DNA of 64,000 nucleotides from Escherichia coli (GTDB lineage Bacteria; Pseudomonadota; Gammaproteobacteria; Enterobacterales; Enterobacteriaceae): NCBI RefSeq assembly GCF_003018255.1, contig NZ_CP027440.1; one strand, 5' to 3'. Shown piece by piece: positions 37,530 to 48,743 of this stretch (position 1 is its first letter; each line of letters starts with the position of its first letter). The notes under the pieces were generated by a model. It saw only the letters and a program-made list of their open reading frames with translations, ran no database searches and was not told where the DNA came from. The position numbers and the translations under genes were made by a program.

Positions 37530-40089
37530 TCTTGTTATTGACCTGAGTCTGGATGCGGTCCGTTTCGATGAGCAGATGACCCGCGTAAGGCGTCATTTTT
37601 CAGGACTGGAGACTGACGCCAGAAAAACCGCCACTGCTGTTGAGCAGGGGCTGAGCCGCCAGGCGCTGGCTGCACAAAAAGCCGGGATGTCCGTCGGGCA
37701 GTATAAAGCCGCCATGCGTATGCTACCCATGCAGTTCACCGACGTGGCCACGCAGCTTGCCGGTGGTCAGAATCCCTGGCTCATCCTGCTGCAACAGGGC
37801 GGTCAGGTGAAGGACTCATTCGGCGGGATGATCCCCATGTTCCGGGGGCTTGCCGGTGCGATCAGCCTGCCGATGGTCGGGGTCACCTCGCTGGCGGTGG
37901 CGACCGGTGCGCTGGCGTACGCCTGGTACCAGGGGGATTCCACGCTTTCAGCGTTTAATAAAACCCTGGTTCTTTCCGGTAATCAGTCAGGACTGACGGC
38001 AGAGCGCATGCTGACGCTCTCCAGAGCCGGGCAGGCGGCAGGGCTGACGTTTAACCAGGCGGGAGAGTCACTGGCAGCCCTGGTCAGTGCCGGTGTGCGT
38101 GGTGGTGAACAGTTTGATGCCATTAACCAGAGTGTGGCGCGTTTTGCGTCTGCCTCCGGTGTGGAGGTGGACAAGGTTGCAGAGGCTTTCGGAAAACTGA
38201 CCACCGACCCGACGTCGGGACTGATGGCGATGGCGCGCCAGTTCCGTAACGTGACGGCGGAGCAGATTGCGTATGTTGTTCAGCTGCAGCGTTCCGGAGA
38301 CGAGGCCGGTGCCTTACAGGCGGCGAACGATATTGCCACGAAAGGCTTTGATGACCAGACCCGCCGCCTGAAAGAGAACATGGGGACGCTGGAAACCTGG
38401 GCGGATAAAACAGGAAAGGCGTTCAAATCGATGTGGGATGCCATTCTGGATATCGGTCGTCCTGAATCCTCAGCGGATATGCTCGCCAGTGCGCAGAAGG
38501 CATTTGATGAGGCGGATAAAAAATGGCAGTGGTACCAGAGCCGGAGCCAGCGCCGCGGTAAAACCTCCTCTTTCCGGGCCAACCTTCAGGGTGCATGGGA
38601 TGACCGGGAAAATGCCCGTCTGGGGCTGGCGGCGGCAACGCTGCAGTCGGATATGGAAAAAGCCGGTGAACTGGCGGCAAGGGACAGGGCTGAGCGTGAG
38701 GCGTCACAGCTGAAGTATACCGGAGAGGCGCAGAAAGCGTATGAACGCCTGTTGTCGCCGCTGGATAAATATACCGCCCGGCAGAAAGAGCTGAATCAGG
38801 CCCTGAAAGACGGGAAAATCCTGCAGGCAGATTACAACACGCTGATGGCGTCGGCGAAAAAGGATTATGAATCAACGCAGAAAAAACCGAAGTCGTCAGG
38901 TGTCAGAGTGTCAGCCGGGGAGCGTCAGGAAGACCGGGCGCATGCAGCCCTGCTTGCCCTTGAAGCTGAACTCAGGACGCTGGAAAAACACAGCGGTGCG
39001 AATGAGAAAATCAGCCGGCAGCGCCGTGATTTATGGAAGGCAGAAAGTCAGTATGCGGTCCTGAAAGAGGCTGCCACGAAACGACAGTTATCCGGGCAGG
39101 AAAAATCCCTGCTGGCTCATGAGAAAGAAACGCTGGAGTACAAACGCCAGCTGGCTGAGCTGGGTGACAAGGTTGAATACCAGAAACGGCTGAATGAGCT
39201 GGCACAGCAGGCGGCACGGTTTGAAGAGCAGCAGAGCGCGAAGCAGGCCGCCATCAGCGCAAAAGCCCGTGGTCTCACTGACCGTCAGGCGCAGCGGGAG
39301 TCTGAAGAGCAGCGTCTTCGTGACGTGTATGGCGATAATCCGCAGGCGCTGGCCCGGGTCACCGGGGCACTGAAACAGACATGGGCGGATGAAGACATGC
39401 TGCGCGGTGACTGGCTGGCCGGGCTGAAGTCCGGCTGGGGTGAGTGGACGGAAAGTGCGACGGACAGTTTTTCGCAGGTTAAAAGTGCTGCCACGCAGAC
39501 CTTTGACGGTATTGCACAGAATATGACGGCGATGCTGACCGGTGCAGAGGCAGACTGGCGGGGATTCACCCGTTCGGTGCTGTCCATGATGACAGAAATC
39601 CTGCTTAAACAGGCCATGGTGGGCATTGTCGGACGTATCGGCAGCGCCATTGGTGGTGCTTTCGGTGGTGGGGCGTCTGCCTCCACGGGGACGGCCATTG
39701 AGGCTGCGGCGGCGAACTTCCATTTTGCGACCGGCGGATTTACGGGCACGGGCGGCAAATATGAGCCTGCGGGGATAGTTCACCGCGGGGAGTTTGTCTT
39801 CACGAAGGAGGCAACCAGCCGGATAGGTGTGGGGAATCTTTACCGCCTGATGCGCGGCTATGCGGAAGGGGGGTATGTGGGTGGTGCCGGAAGTCCGGCG
39901 CAGATGCGGCGGGCGGAAGGTATTAATTTTAATCAGAACAATCACGTGGTGATTCAGAACGACGGTATCAACGGACAGGCGGGGCCGCAGCTGATGAAGG
40001 CGGTGTATGACATGGCCCGCAAGGGGGCGCAGGATGAGCTCCGGCTGCAGTTGCGTGATGGCGGTATGTTATCAGGGAGCGGGCGATGA
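37510..40089 (+). CDS. tail tape measure protein gpH-like
   Basis: 859 aa, largely helical, in the lambda H position. Confidence 0.9.
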   Translation: MSQPVGDLVIDLSLDAVRFDEQMTRVRRHFSGLETDARKTATAVEQGLSRQALAAQKAGMSVGQYKAAMRMLPMQFTDVATQLAGGQNPWLILLQQGGQVKDSFGGMIPMFRGLAGAISLPMVGVTSLAVATGALAYAWYQGDSTLSAFNKTLVLSGNQSGLTAERMLTLSRAGQAAGLTFNQAGESLAALVSAGVRGGEQFDAINQSVARFASASGVEVDKVAEAFGKLTTDPTSGLMAMARQFRNVTAEQIAYVVQLQRSGDEAGALQAANDIATKGFDDQTRRLKENMGTLETWADKTGKAFKSMWDAILDIGRPESSADMLASAQKAFDEADKKWQWYQSRSQRRGKTSSFRANLQGAWDDRENARLGLAAATLQSDMEKAGELAARDRAEREASQLKYTGEAQKAYERLLSPLDKYTARQKELNQALKDGKILQADYNTLMASAKKDYESTQKKPKSSGVRVSAGERQEDRAHAALLALEAELRTLEKHSGANEKISRQRRDLWKAESQYAVLKEAATKRQLSGQEKSLLAHEKETLEYKRQLAELGDKVEYQKRLNELAQQAARFEEQQSAKQAAISAKARGLTDRQAQRESEEQRLRDVYGDNPQALARVTGALKQTWADEDMLRGDWLAGLKSGWGEWTESATDSFSQVKSAATQTFDGIAQNMTAMLTGAEADWRGFTRSVLSMMTEILLKQAMVGIVGRIGSAIGGAFGGGASASTGTAIEAAAANFHFATGGFTGTGGKYEPAGIVHRGEFVFTKEATSRIGVGNLYRLMRGYAEGGYVGGAGSPAQMRRAEGINFNQNNHVVIQNDGINGQAGPQLMKAVYDMARKGAQDELRLQLRDGGMLSGSGR

Positions 40090-40415
40090 AAACCTTTCGC
40101 TGGAAAGTGAAGCCGGATATGGAGGTGAACTCGCAGCCGTCGGTGCGTGAAGTGCGTTTTGGTGACGGGTACTCACAGCGTATGGCGGCAGGGCTGAATG
40201 CTGACCTGAAAACATACCGGGTGATGCTTTCCGTGAGCCGGGAGGAGGCCCGGCATCTGGAAGCGTTCCTGGCAGAGCACGGGGGCTGGAAGGCATTTTT
40301 GTGGAAGCCACCCTATGCATACCGGCAGATAAAGGTGACCTGTGCCGGGTGGTCTGCGCGGGTCGGGATGTTGCGCGTTGAGTTCAGCGCGGAGTTTAAG
40401 CAGGTGGTGAACTGA
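40086..40415 (+). CDS. minor tail protein gpM-like
   Basis: 109 aa in the lambda M position. Confidence 0.85.
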   Translation: MKTFRWKVKPDMEVNSQPSVREVRFGDGYSQRMAAGLNADLKTYRVMLSVSREEARHLEAFLAEHGGWKAFLWKPPYAYRQIKVTCAGWSARVGMLRVEFSAEFKQVVN

Positions 40416-41113
40416 TGCAGGATATTCACGAAGCAAGCCTGAACGAGTCGGTTAAATCAGAGCAGTCACCGCGGGTGGTGCTCTGGGAAATCGACCTGAC
40501 GGTGCAGGGCGGTGAGCGGTATTTTTTCTGCAATGAGCTGAATGAAAAAGGGGAGCCGGTGACCTGGCAGGGGCGTGAATATCAGGCGTACCCGATTGAG
40601 GGGAGTGGCTTTGAGATGAACGGAAAGGGCAGCAGTGCCCGCCCGTCGCTGACGGTGTCCAATCTTTTCGGCCTTGTCACCGGGATGGCGGAGGATTTGC
40701 AGAGCCTGGTGGGGGCCACGGTGGTCCGTCGCCGGGTGTATGCGCGTTTTCTTGATGCGGTGAACTTTGTGGCAGGCAATCCTGAGGCCGACCCGGAGCA
40801 GGAGCTGACGGACCGGTGGGTGGTGGAGCAGATGTCAGCGCTGACGGCCATGACGGCCTCGTTTGTGCTGGCGACACCGACGGAGACGGACGGTGCGCTG
40901 TTTCCCGGTCGCATCATGCTGGCGAACACCTGTATGTGGGATTACCGGGGCGATGAATGCGGGTATAACGGTCCGGCAGTGGCGGATGAGTTCGACAACC
41001 CCACCACGGATATCCGGAAGGACAGATGCAGTAAATGCATGCGCGGGTGTGAGATGCGCGGCATGGTGGCTAATTTCGGCGGTTTCCTTTCCATCAATAA
41101 ACTTTCGCAGTAA
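40415..41113 (+). CDS. minor tail protein gpL-like
   Basis: 232 aa in the lambda L position; C-terminal Cys cluster. Confidence 0.85.
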   Translation: MQDIHEASLNESVKSEQSPRVVLWEIDLTVQGGERYFFCNELNEKGEPVTWQGREYQAYPIEGSGFEMNGKGSSARPSLTVSNLFGLVTGMAEDLQSLVGATVVRRRVYARFLDAVNFVAGNPEADPEQELTDRWVVEQMSALTAMTASFVLATPTETDGALFPGRIMLANTCMWDYRGDECGYNGPAVADEFDNPTTDIRKDRCSKCMRGCEMRGMVANFGGFLSINKLSQ

Positions 41114-41123
41114 ATCCCGTTTT

Positions 41124-41867
41124 ATGACACAGACTGAATCAGCGATTCTGGCGCATGCCCGGCGGTGTGCGCCAGCGGAGTCGTGCGGCTTCGTGATAAG
41201 CACCCCGGAGGGCGAACGGTACCAGCCCTGCGTGAATATCTCTGCAGAGCCGGAGGCGTATTTTCGTATTGCACCGGAAGACTGGCTGCAGGCACAGATG
41301 CAGGGGGAGATTGTGGCGCTGGTCCACAGTCATCCCGGTGGTCTGCCCTGGCTGAGCGAGGCGGACCGGCGGCTGCAGATAAAGAGTGCCCTGCCCTGGT
41401 GGCTGGTCTGCCGGGGTGAAATTCACCGCTTCCGCTGTGTGCCGCACCTGACCGGACGGCGCTTTGAACACGGTGTGACGGACTGTTACACCCTGTTCCG
41501 GGATGCATACCATCTGGCGGGGATTGAGATGCCGGATTTTCACCGTGAGGATGACTGGTGGCGCAACGGCCAGAACCTGTACCTGGACAACCTGGCGGAA
41601 AACGGCTTTTGCCGGGTGTCCCTGTCCTCTGCACAGGCAGGCGATATCCTGCTGTGCTGCTTTGGTGCATCGGTGCCGAATCATGCCGCCATTTACTGTG
41701 GCAACTGTGAACTGCTTCACCATATACCTGAACAACTGAGTAAACGGGAGAGGTATTCTGAAAAATGGCAACGACGAACGCATTCTGTCTGGCGTCACCG
41801 CCACTGGTCCGCATCTGCCTTCACGGGGATTTACAACGATTTGGTCGCCGCATCAGTCTGTATGTGA
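41124..41867 (+). CDS. tail assembly protein gpK-like (JAB/MPN and NlpC/P60-like motifs)
   Basis: ATG 41124 within track ORF 40863-41867; HSHPGG motif and Cys/His peptidase-like C-terminus. Confidence 0.8.
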   Translation: MTQTESAILAHARRCAPAESCGFVISTPEGERYQPCVNISAEPEAYFRIAPEDWLQAQMQGEIVALVHSHPGGLPWLSEADRRLQIKSALPWWLVCRGEIHRFRCVPHLTGRRFEHGVTDCYTLFRDAYHLAGIEMPDFHREDDWWRNGQNLYLDNLAENGFCRVSLSSAQAGDILLCCFGASVPNHAAIYCGNCELLHHIPEQLSKRERYSEKWQRRTHSVWRHRHWSASAFTGIYNDLVAASVCM

Positions 41868-42445
41868 ACACGGCAGCGGAGGCCATCCGTGCCCTGTCGC
41901 AGCAGGTGCCGGGATTCCGCTGTCAGATGAACGAAGGCTGGTACCAGATACGTATTGCCGGTGAGGATACCGCGCCGGAGGCGGTGTATGCCCGTCTTCA
42001 TGAACCGCTGAGCGGGAGGGCCGTGATTCATATTGTACCGAGGCTGGCAGGGGCCGGGGGAAATGGTGTTTTTCAGGTGGTGCTGGGGGCTGCAGCCATC
42101 GTGGGCTCTTTCTTCACCGCCGGTGCAACGATGGCGTTGTGGGGCGCAGCCCTGAGTGCCGGAGGGCTGACTGCCACCACGATGCTGTTCTCACTGGGTG
42201 CCAGCATGATACTGGGTGGTGTGGCCCAGATGCTGGCCCCGAAGGCAAAGACGCCGGAATACAAAAGTACGGATAACGGTAAACAGAACACGTATTTTTC
42301 GTCACTGGACAACATGATTGCCCAGGGTAACCCGGTGCCGGTGCCTTACGGTGAAATGCTGGTTGGTTCACGACGGATATCCCAGGACATCAGCACCCGT
42401 GATGAGGGCGGTGACGGGAAAGTGGTGGTTATCGGGCGGGGATGA
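41765..42445 (+). CDS. tail assembly protein gpI-like
   Basis: 226 aa with a Gly/Ala-rich hydrophobic C-terminal half, lambda I position. Confidence 0.8.
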   Translation: MATTNAFCLASPPLVRICLHGDLQRFGRRISLYVNTAAEAIRALSQQVPGFRCQMNEGWYQIRIAGEDTAPEAVYARLHEPLSGRAVIHIVPRLAGAGGNGVFQVVLGAAAIVGSFFTAGATMALWGAALSAGGLTATTMLFSLGASMILGGVAQMLAPKAKTPEYKSTDNGKQNTYFSSLDNMIAQGNPVPVPYGEMLVGSRRISQDISTRDEGGDGKVVVIGRG

Positions 42446-42684
42446 AAATAAAAAAATCCCGCAGTGCTCGGCGGCTGCGGGAAGAGATACGAAGATTAAC
42501 TTTAAGGAATTATTATGCCACGGCAAAAAACGGTAACGCAGAGAAATTATAAGCACAACCAGGATTTTGCAAAAATGTGAAGAATTTCAGAAATTTTATT
42601 CCGTCATGACACAGGCACCCTCCGGGGTGCCTGTTGTTTTTGGGCATAAACAGATTCAGACATCAGACAGGAGAGGGGGACAGA

Positions 42685-45600
42685 GTGGGTAAAGGGGGCG
42701 GCAAGGGGCACACACCGCGTGAGGCGAAGGACAATCTCAAGTCAACGCAGATGATGAGCGTGATTGATGCCATTGGTGAGGGACCGGTGGAAGGTCCGGT
42801 GAAGGGACTGCAGAGTATTCTGGTGAACAAAACCCCGCTGACGGACACGGACGGTAATCCCGTGATACACGGTGTGACCGCCGTCTGGCGTGCCGGGGAG
42901 CAGGAGCAGACACCACCTGAAGGCTTTGAGTCCTCCGGGGCGGAAACCGCACTGGGCGTGGAGGTGACGAAGGCAAAGCCGGTGACGCGCACTATCACGT
43001 CAGCGAACATTGACCGTCTGCGGGTCACCTTCGGGGTGCAGTCACTGGTGGAGACCACCTCAAAGGGTGACCGTAATCCCTCTTCTGTCCGCCTGCTGAT
43101 TCAGCTTGAGCGTAACGGTAACTGGGTGACGGAGAAGGATGTCACCATTAACGGCAAGACCACCTCGCAGTACCTGACGTCGGTGATTCTGAATAATCTC
43201 CCTGAGCGGCCCTTTAACATCCGGGTGGTCAGGGTGACGGCGGACAGTACCACGGACCAGCTGCAGAACAGAACGCTGTGGTCGTCATACACCGAAATCA
43301 TCGATGTGAAACAGTGCTACCCGAACACGGCCATTGTGGGGCTGCAGGTGGATGCGGAGCAGTTCGGTGGTCAGCAGATGGTGGTGAACTACCATATCCG
43401 CGGCCGCATCATTCAGGTGCCGTCAAACTATGACCCGGAAAAACGCACCTACAGCGGTATCTGGGACGGCAGTCTGAAACCGGCATACAGCAATAACCCG
43501 GCCTGGTGCCTGTGGGACATGCTGACTCACCCGCGCTACGGGATGGGAAAACGCCTGGGGGGCGCGGATGTGGACAAGTGGGCGCTGTATGCCATCGGGC
43601 AGTACTGCGACCAGACGGTCCCGGATGGTTTCGGGGGCACAGAGCCGCGGATGACCTTTAATGCGTACCTGTCACAGCAGCGTAAGGTGTGGGATGTCCT
43701 GGGGGATTTCTGCTCGGCGATGCGCTGTATGCCGGTATGGAACGGCCAGACGCTGACGTTCGTTCAGGACCGCCCGTCGGATGTGGTGTGGCCGTACACC
43801 AACAGCGATGTGGTGGTGGATGATAACGGCGTGGGGTTCCGCTACAGCTTCAGTGCCCTGAAGGACCGGCACACGGCGGTGGAGGTGAATTACACCGACC
43901 CGCAGAACGGCTGGCAGACTTCCACGGAACTGGTGGAAGACCCGGACGCCATCCTGCGCTACGGGCGCAATCTGCTGAAGATGGATGCGTTCGGCTGTAC
44001 CAGCCGCGGTCAGGCCCACCGTGCCGGACTGTGGGTGATAAAGACCGAACTGCTGGAAACGCAGACGGTGGATTTCACGCTCGGGTCTCAGGGGCTGCGG
44101 CACACACCCGGTGACATCATTGAAATCTGTGATAACGACTATGCCGGGACCCTGACCGGCGGACGCATCCTGTCCATCGATGCCGCCAGCCGCACACTGA
44201 CGCTGGACCGTGAGGTGACACTGCCGGAGACAGGGACATCGACGGTGAACCTGATTAACGGCAGCGGTAAGCCGGTGCGCGTGGACATCACTGCACACCC
44301 CGCCCCGGACCGGATACAGGTCAGCGTCCTGCCTGATGGCGTGGCAACATACGGTGTGTGGGGACTCTCCCTGCCGTCACTGCGTCGTCGCCTGTTCCGC
44401 TGTGTTTCCATCCGGGAAAACACGGACGGCACCTTTGCCATCACGGCAGTGCAGCACGTACCGGAAAAAGAAGCCATTGTGGATAACGGAGCCCGCTTTG
44501 AGCCGATGTCCGGCTCACTGAACAGCGTCATCCCGCCGGCAGTGCAGCACCTTACGGTGGAGGTGAGTGCCTCAGACGGCCAGTATCTGGCGCTGGCGAA
44601 ATGGGACACGCCGCGGGTGGTGAAGGGCGTGCGCTTCAGTCTGCGCCTGACCAGCGGAAACGGTGAAAACAGCCGCCTGGTGACCAGCGCCATCACGGCG
44701 GACACGGAGCACCGTTTCAGTGGCCTGCCGCTCGGGGAATACACCCTGACGGTCAGGGCGATAAACAGCTACGGCCAGCAGGGCGAACCTGCCACCACCA
44801 CATTCCGGATTAATGCACCGGCGGCACCGGCCAGCATTGAACTGACGCCGGGCTATTTTCAGATAACGGTGGTCCCGCATCCTGCGGTGTATGACCCGAC
44901 GGTACAGTATGAATTCTGGTTCTCAGAAAAACGCATCACGGACACGGCACAGGTGGAAACCTCTGCCCGTTATCTGGGTACCGGCAGCCAGTGGAGCGTC
45001 TCCGGCCCGCACATTAAGCCGGGGAAGGATTTCTGGTTTTATGTGCGCAGCGTCAACCTGGTGGGGAAATCTGCGTTTGTGGAGGCCAGCGGGCAGGCCA
45101 GCAATGATGGTGAAGGGTATCTGGAAATTTTCCGTGGGCTGATAGATGAGGCGCTGCTGGGGAAGGCACTGAAAGAGCGTATTGATGCGTCAGCCCTGCG
45201 TACTGAGGTCACGCAACTGGAAGAAGACATCCGCCAGCGGCTGGAGACGGATGTTGCGGAAGTGACCCGAAAAATCGGGGAGGCGGAAAACAGCCTCACG
45301 CAGCTGGTTGCGAAAAAGAATGAGGACCAGACGCTGGCCATCGCGCAGGTGAGTCAGCAGGTGGACCGGGTGAGCAGTGAAATCACACAGACAGTCAGCC
45401 AGAGCACGGAGGAAAACGCCAGGCAGATAGCGCAGGTCCGCCAGTACGTGGATGACAAAGGGAGTGAAATCACCTCGACCACGGATAAAAAGCTGGAAGA
45501 CCAGAGCGCCACCATACAGCAGATACAGCAGGTCCAGTCAGACACGAATGATGAGCTGGCAGCGCTGTACATGCTGAAGGTGCAGAAAACGAAAAACGGC

Positions 45601-46371
45601 ATTCCGTATGTTGCCGGTATTGGTGCGGGGATTGAGGATGCTGATGGCCAGACGCTGAGCAATATTCTGCTGCAGGCGGACCGTATCGCGATGATTACCC
45701 CGGAGAACGGCAACACCACGCCGCTGTTTGTGGCGCAGGGGAATCAGCTGTTCATGAACGACGTGTTCCTGAAGCGACTGTTTGCAGTGAGCATCACCTC
45801 GTCCGGCAATCCCCCGACGTTCTCCCTGACGCCGGAGGGCAGGCTGACGGCCCGCAATGCGGACATCAGCGGACATATCAGTGCGAACTCGGGCACGCTG
45901 AATAATGTCGTGATAGCGGAGAACTGCACGATAAATGGCACGCTGAAAGCGGAGAACATTATTGGTGATCTGGTGAAATGTGCCGGGGTGGCTTTTCCGG
46001 TGGATGGTAGTTACCTTGCGAACGGTACACGAACGCTGACGGTGTATGACGATCACAGCTTTGACCGGCAGATTATAATCCCGCCGATAATCTATGTCGG
46101 GTCAAAACAGGAATCCCGCACCAGTAATGACATCTGGACAGAGTGCTTCCTGCATGTTGATCAGAACGGACGCCGGATTTATTCAGGCAGGTCAGTGGAA
46201 GAGCCGGGAATTTTCAGCGGGATCATCGATATGCCAGCTGGCGGTGGTCATATCACCCTGAGTTTTACCGTGAGCTCACGGCGTCAGAATAACAGTTGGG
46301 GCAGTTCACGAATCAGTAACCTTCAGGCGATAGTGGTGAAGAAAAACAGCGCGGGGATCAGCATCCGCTGA
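42685..46371 (+). CDS. central tail fibre / host specificity protein gpJ-like
   Basis: GTG 42685 after an AGGAGAGGGGG Shine-Dalgarno; N-terminus [21 protein letters not shown] and most of the length resemble lambda J; the C-terminal ~150 aa differ. Confidence 0.9.
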   Translation: MGKGGGKGHTPREAKDNLKSTQMMSVIDAIGEGPVEGPVKGLQSILVNKTPLTDTDGNPVIHGVTAVWRAGEQEQTPPEGFESSGAETALGVEVTKAKPVTRTITSANIDRLRVTFGVQSLVETTSKGDRNPSSVRLLIQLERNGNWVTEKDVTINGKTTSQYLTSVILNNLPERPFNIRVVRVTADSTTDQLQNRTLWSSYTEIIDVKQCYPNTAIVGLQVDAEQFGGQQMVVNYHIRGRIIQVPSNYDPEKRTYSGIWDGSLKPAYSNNPAWCLWDMLTHPRYGMGKRLGGADVDKWALYAIGQYCDQTVPDGFGGTEPRMTFNAYLSQQRKVWDVLGDFCSAMRCMPVWNGQTLTFVQDRPSDVVWPYTNSDVVVDDNGVGFRYSFSALKDRHTAVEVNYTDPQNGWQTSTELVEDPDAILRYGRNLLKMDAFGCTSRGQAHRAGLWVIKTELLETQTVDFTLGSQGLRHTPGDIIEICDNDYAGTLTGGRILSIDAASRTLTLDREVTLPETGTSTVNLINGSGKPVRVDITAHPAPDRIQVSVLPDGVATYGVWGLSLPSLRRRLFRCVSIRENTDGTFAITAVQHVPEKEAIVDNGARFEPMSGSLNSVIPPAVQHLTVEVSASDGQYLALAKWDTPRVVKGVRFSLRLTSGNGENSRLVTSAITADTEHRFSGLPLGEYTLTVRAINSYGQQGEPATTTFRINAPAAPASIELTPGYFQITVVPHPAVYDPTVQYEFWFSEKRITDTAQVETSARYLGTGSQWSVSGPHIKPGKDFWFYVRSVNLVGKSAFVEASGQASNDGEGYLEIFRGLIDEALLGKALKERIDASALRTEVTQLEEDIRQRLETDVAEVTRKIGEAENSLTQLVAKKNEDQTLAIAQVSQQVDRVSSEITQTVSQSTEENARQIAQVRQYVDDKGSEITSTTDKKLEDQSATIQQIQQVQSDTNDELAALYMLKVQKTKNGIPYVAGIGAGIEDADGQTLSNILLQADRIAMITPENGNTTPLFVAQGNQLFMNDVFLKRLFAVSITSSGNPPTFSLTPEGRLTARNADISGHISANSGTLNNVVIAENCTINGTLKAENIIGDLVKCAGVAFPVDGSYLANGTRTLTVYDDHSFDRQIIIPPIIYVGSKQESRTSNDIWTECFLHVDQNGRRIYSGRSVEEPGIFSGIIDMPAGGGHITLSFTVSSRRQNNSWGSSRISNLQAIVVKKNSAGISIR

Positions 46372-46569
46372 ACATCGCGCCCCGGGATTGCCGGAAGGAG
46401 ACAAAAACCGTACAGTATGCGCGGGTGCCTTTGGCTGATGGCCGGAGGGAACACCTGAAGGCCGGATGTGAAAAGGCCCCGGACAAAACATTCATGTTTA
46501 ACCCGAGGCCTGACCATTCATCCTAAGCAAGTGAAAGGTTAGCGCCTCTCCGTAAAAGGAGCAAGCGTT

Positions 46570-46710
46570 ATGTCGCAAAAACCGTTAAAAACCACCGTGA
46601 TTTGTATCACGGTAGTGCTCATTATCTGGATCACCCACAGTTCACTGTGCGAGTTCCGGTTCCGGATAGCGGGCGCGGAGATTGCGGCGTTCTTACAGTG
46701 TAAGCGGTAA
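46570..46710 (+). CDS. Hok/Gef-family type I toxin-like peptide (46 aa)
   Basis: MSQKPLKTTVICITVVLIIWITHSSLCEFRFRIAGAEIAAFLQCKR with an AAGGAG Shine-Dalgarno; transmembrane helix plus SLCE-R-R...AAF Hok signature; ~200-nt structured leader upstream. Confidence 0.7.
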   Translation: MSQKPLKTTVICITVVLIIWITHSSLCEFRFRIAGAEIAAFLQCKR

Positions 46711-46807
46711 GAAACCGTGGCGGGGGAGTGTACCTTCCCCGCCGACCGGTTGCTGAGGGTGATCAGCCGGATGGCACCTTTTTAACATCAATAAATCACA
46801 AATTTTA

Positions 46808-46841
46808 CCGCAGGCCGGGAAACCGGTCCTGCGGTTTTTTT
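46808..46841 (+). terminator. rho-independent terminator after the hok-like locus
   Basis: ccgcaggccgg / ccggtcctgcgg stem followed by TTTTTTT. Confidence 0.55.
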
Positions 46842-46854
46842 ATGGAGGAAATCC

Positions 46855-48513
46855 ATGGCAGTCAGAATATCGGGTGTGCTGAAGGACGGGGCCGGTAAGC
46901 CGGTACCGGGATGCACGATAGAGCTGAAAGCGCGCCGCACAACGGAGACGGTGATTGTCACCACGGTGGCGTATGGTCAGCCGGGGGAAATCGGCAGTTA
47001 CAGTATGGATGTTGAGCCGGGGTTGTACCGGGTGACGCTGAACACGGAAGGGTACGCGCCGTCATATGTGGGTGACATTCTGGTGAAGGCGGACTCTGCA
47101 CCGGGAACGCTGAATAAATTTCTGATGGACCTGGAGGACGCACAGTATTACCCGAAAGCCCTTGCAGAGCTGGAAGCGGTGGCCGCGGAAATCCTGAAAC
47201 GTGCGGAAGCGTCAGCGGCGAGTGCAGAGGAAGCGAAGAAACGGGCAGAGAATGCGCGGGGACCGAAGGGGGATAAGGGAGACACGGGGCCACAGGGTAT
47301 TCCCGGGCCAAAAGGCGATACCGGCGAGCGGGGGCCAAAGGGTGAGCGTGGTGAGGCAGGCCCACAGGGGGTACAGGGGCCGCGGGGTGAAAACGGCCCC
47401 GTGGGACCGCAAGGAGTGCCGGGTATTCAGGGGCCTGCTGGTCCTGCGGGCCCGCGAGGTGAAACCGGAGCCAGAGGCGAAAAAGGAGAGCCGGGAGATC
47501 CCGGAGGACCTCCGGGACCAAAAGGTGACACTGGCCCCAGAGGGGAGCCGGGGCCTCAGGGCCCGGCAGGTCCGAGGGGACCTGCCGGAGAGAGAGGGCC
47601 GCAAGGATTGCAGGGTGTGGCAGGGGAGAGAGGCGATACAGGTCCGGCTGGCCCACAGGGCGCTACCGGCCCCAGAGGACCACAGGGGGAAAAAGGGGGT
47701 AAAGGTGACCCCGGCCCGGCAGGTCCTGCCGGTGAGCGGGGGCCGCAAGGTGAGCGAGGTGCAACGGGCCCCGTGGGGCCGCAGGGGCCTGCGGGTCCTG
47801 CAGGGAAGTCTGCCAGCCTGGATGATATTGCCGACAAGGAGGCGTTTATTCGTAAGCTTGGGGTGGCAAGAGCTTACGGGCGTGATCTCAAAACAGGAGA
47901 AGGGGAGTGGACGACAGAAGAGTTCATCAACTGGCTGAAATCACAGGGTGCTTTTGAGGGCCCTTACTGGGTAATGACCACGACGCGGTTACTCAACAGT
48001 AACCGTGTGATCACGGATGTGGATACTGATTTGGGTAAGAAAAAAATCACCCTGAGAGGATGTGCCATTGAAGTGATGGGGTCATGGGAGAATGCGATAG
48101 TCCGGATCAGTGCAGGTGATGACCGGCCCTGGGATATGTTTTATGGCACGGACTGCACCTGCGTGGTCAGCGGCAGTATAAAGAGCTATGAGTGGCGGTT
48201 TAACTACACTTCCATCAGACGCCCCTCAACAGCGAAACTGGATGTGAACGGATGGGAGCGGGATGAGGCAACAGGAAGAATACGGCAATGGGGGCAGAAA
48301 CAAGTTGTCCGGCCAACCAGTGAAGGAGACACACATACCATCTATTTCCCGATAGCTTTTCCGTCAGCGGCGCTGAATGTCATTGTATCACCGGTAGGTT
48401 CACCGGGAAATTTCACGGGGTATGCCCTTTCAGAACCGTTGCTGAAGTCGGTAATACTGACGGTCAGTAAGGACACATACGGGCTGTTTTACTGGGAGGC
48501 CATTGGCTACTGA
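46855..48513 (+). CDS. side tail fibre protein with collagen-like Gly-X-Y repeat region
   Basis: 552 aa; roughly 60 uninterrupted G-X-Y triplets (about 47265-47815), globular C-terminal domain. Confidence 0.8.
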   Translation: MAVRISGVLKDGAGKPVPGCTIELKARRTTETVIVTTVAYGQPGEIGSYSMDVEPGLYRVTLNTEGYAPSYVGDILVKADSAPGTLNKFLMDLEDAQYYPKALAELEAVAAEILKRAEASAASAEEAKKRAENARGPKGDKGDTGPQGIPGPKGDTGERGPKGERGEAGPQGVQGPRGENGPVGPQGVPGIQGPAGPAGPRGETGARGEKGEPGDPGGPPGPKGDTGPRGEPGPQGPAGPRGPAGERGPQGLQGVAGERGDTGPAGPQGATGPRGPQGEKGGKGDPGPAGPAGERGPQGERGATGPVGPQGPAGPAGKSASLDDIADKEAFIRKLGVARAYGRDLKTGEGEWTTEEFINWLKSQGAFEGPYWVMTTTRLLNSNRVITDVDTDLGKKKITLRGCAIEVMGSWENAIVRISAGDDRPWDMFYGTDCTCVVSGSIKSYEWRFNYTSIRRPSTAKLDVNGWERDEATGRIRQWGQKQVVRPTSEGDTHTIYFPIAFPSAALNVIVSPVGSPGNFTGYALSEPLLKSVILTVSKDTYGLFYWEAIGY

Positions 48514-48522
48514 GGAGGGAGA

Positions 48523-48735
48523 ATGGAACAGTATTTTTTTTCGCCATCAAATAATGCGTTTTATCCGGCCTCGCTTCGTTCGGTTTATGAGGCTGCCGGA
48601 AGCTGGCCGGAAGACAGTGTTGTTGTGGCGAGTGCCGTGTATAAGGTCTTTTCTGCCAGTGCAGCCCCGGCAGGAATGGAGAGGTGTGTGGGGCCGGAGA
48701 ATATGCCGATCTGGAGAGATGCGGGGCAACGATAA
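48523..48735 (+). pseudogene. N-terminal fragment of a tail fibre assembly (Tfa-type) gene
   Basis: 70-aa ORF starting MEQYFFSPSNNAFYPASLRSVYEAAGSWPEDS, then diverging and ending inside the start of the next Tfa gene in another frame. Confidence 0.4.
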
Positions 48736-48743
48736 GCGGGGGA

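Noticed and set aside
38280-39945. Several minus-strand ORFs (100-285 aa) inside the tape measure gene
   Set aside because: Antisense to the H-like gene; low-complexity, Arg/Pro/Ala-rich products; no ribosome-binding sites noted.
47265-47815. Tandem repeats as a possible CRISPR array or VNTR
   Set aside because: The periodicity is 9 bp, in frame, and encodes Gly-X-Y collagen triplets; there is no repeat-spacer architecture. I saw no CRISPR array anywhere in the window.
47201-47938. Plus- and minus-strand ORFs (47201-47938, 47212-47748, 46958-47656, 47556-47837) over the collagen-repeat region
   Set aside because: Alternative frames of the Gly-X-Y repeat DNA, which stay open because of the triplet periodicity; the in-frame tail fibre is the coherent reading.
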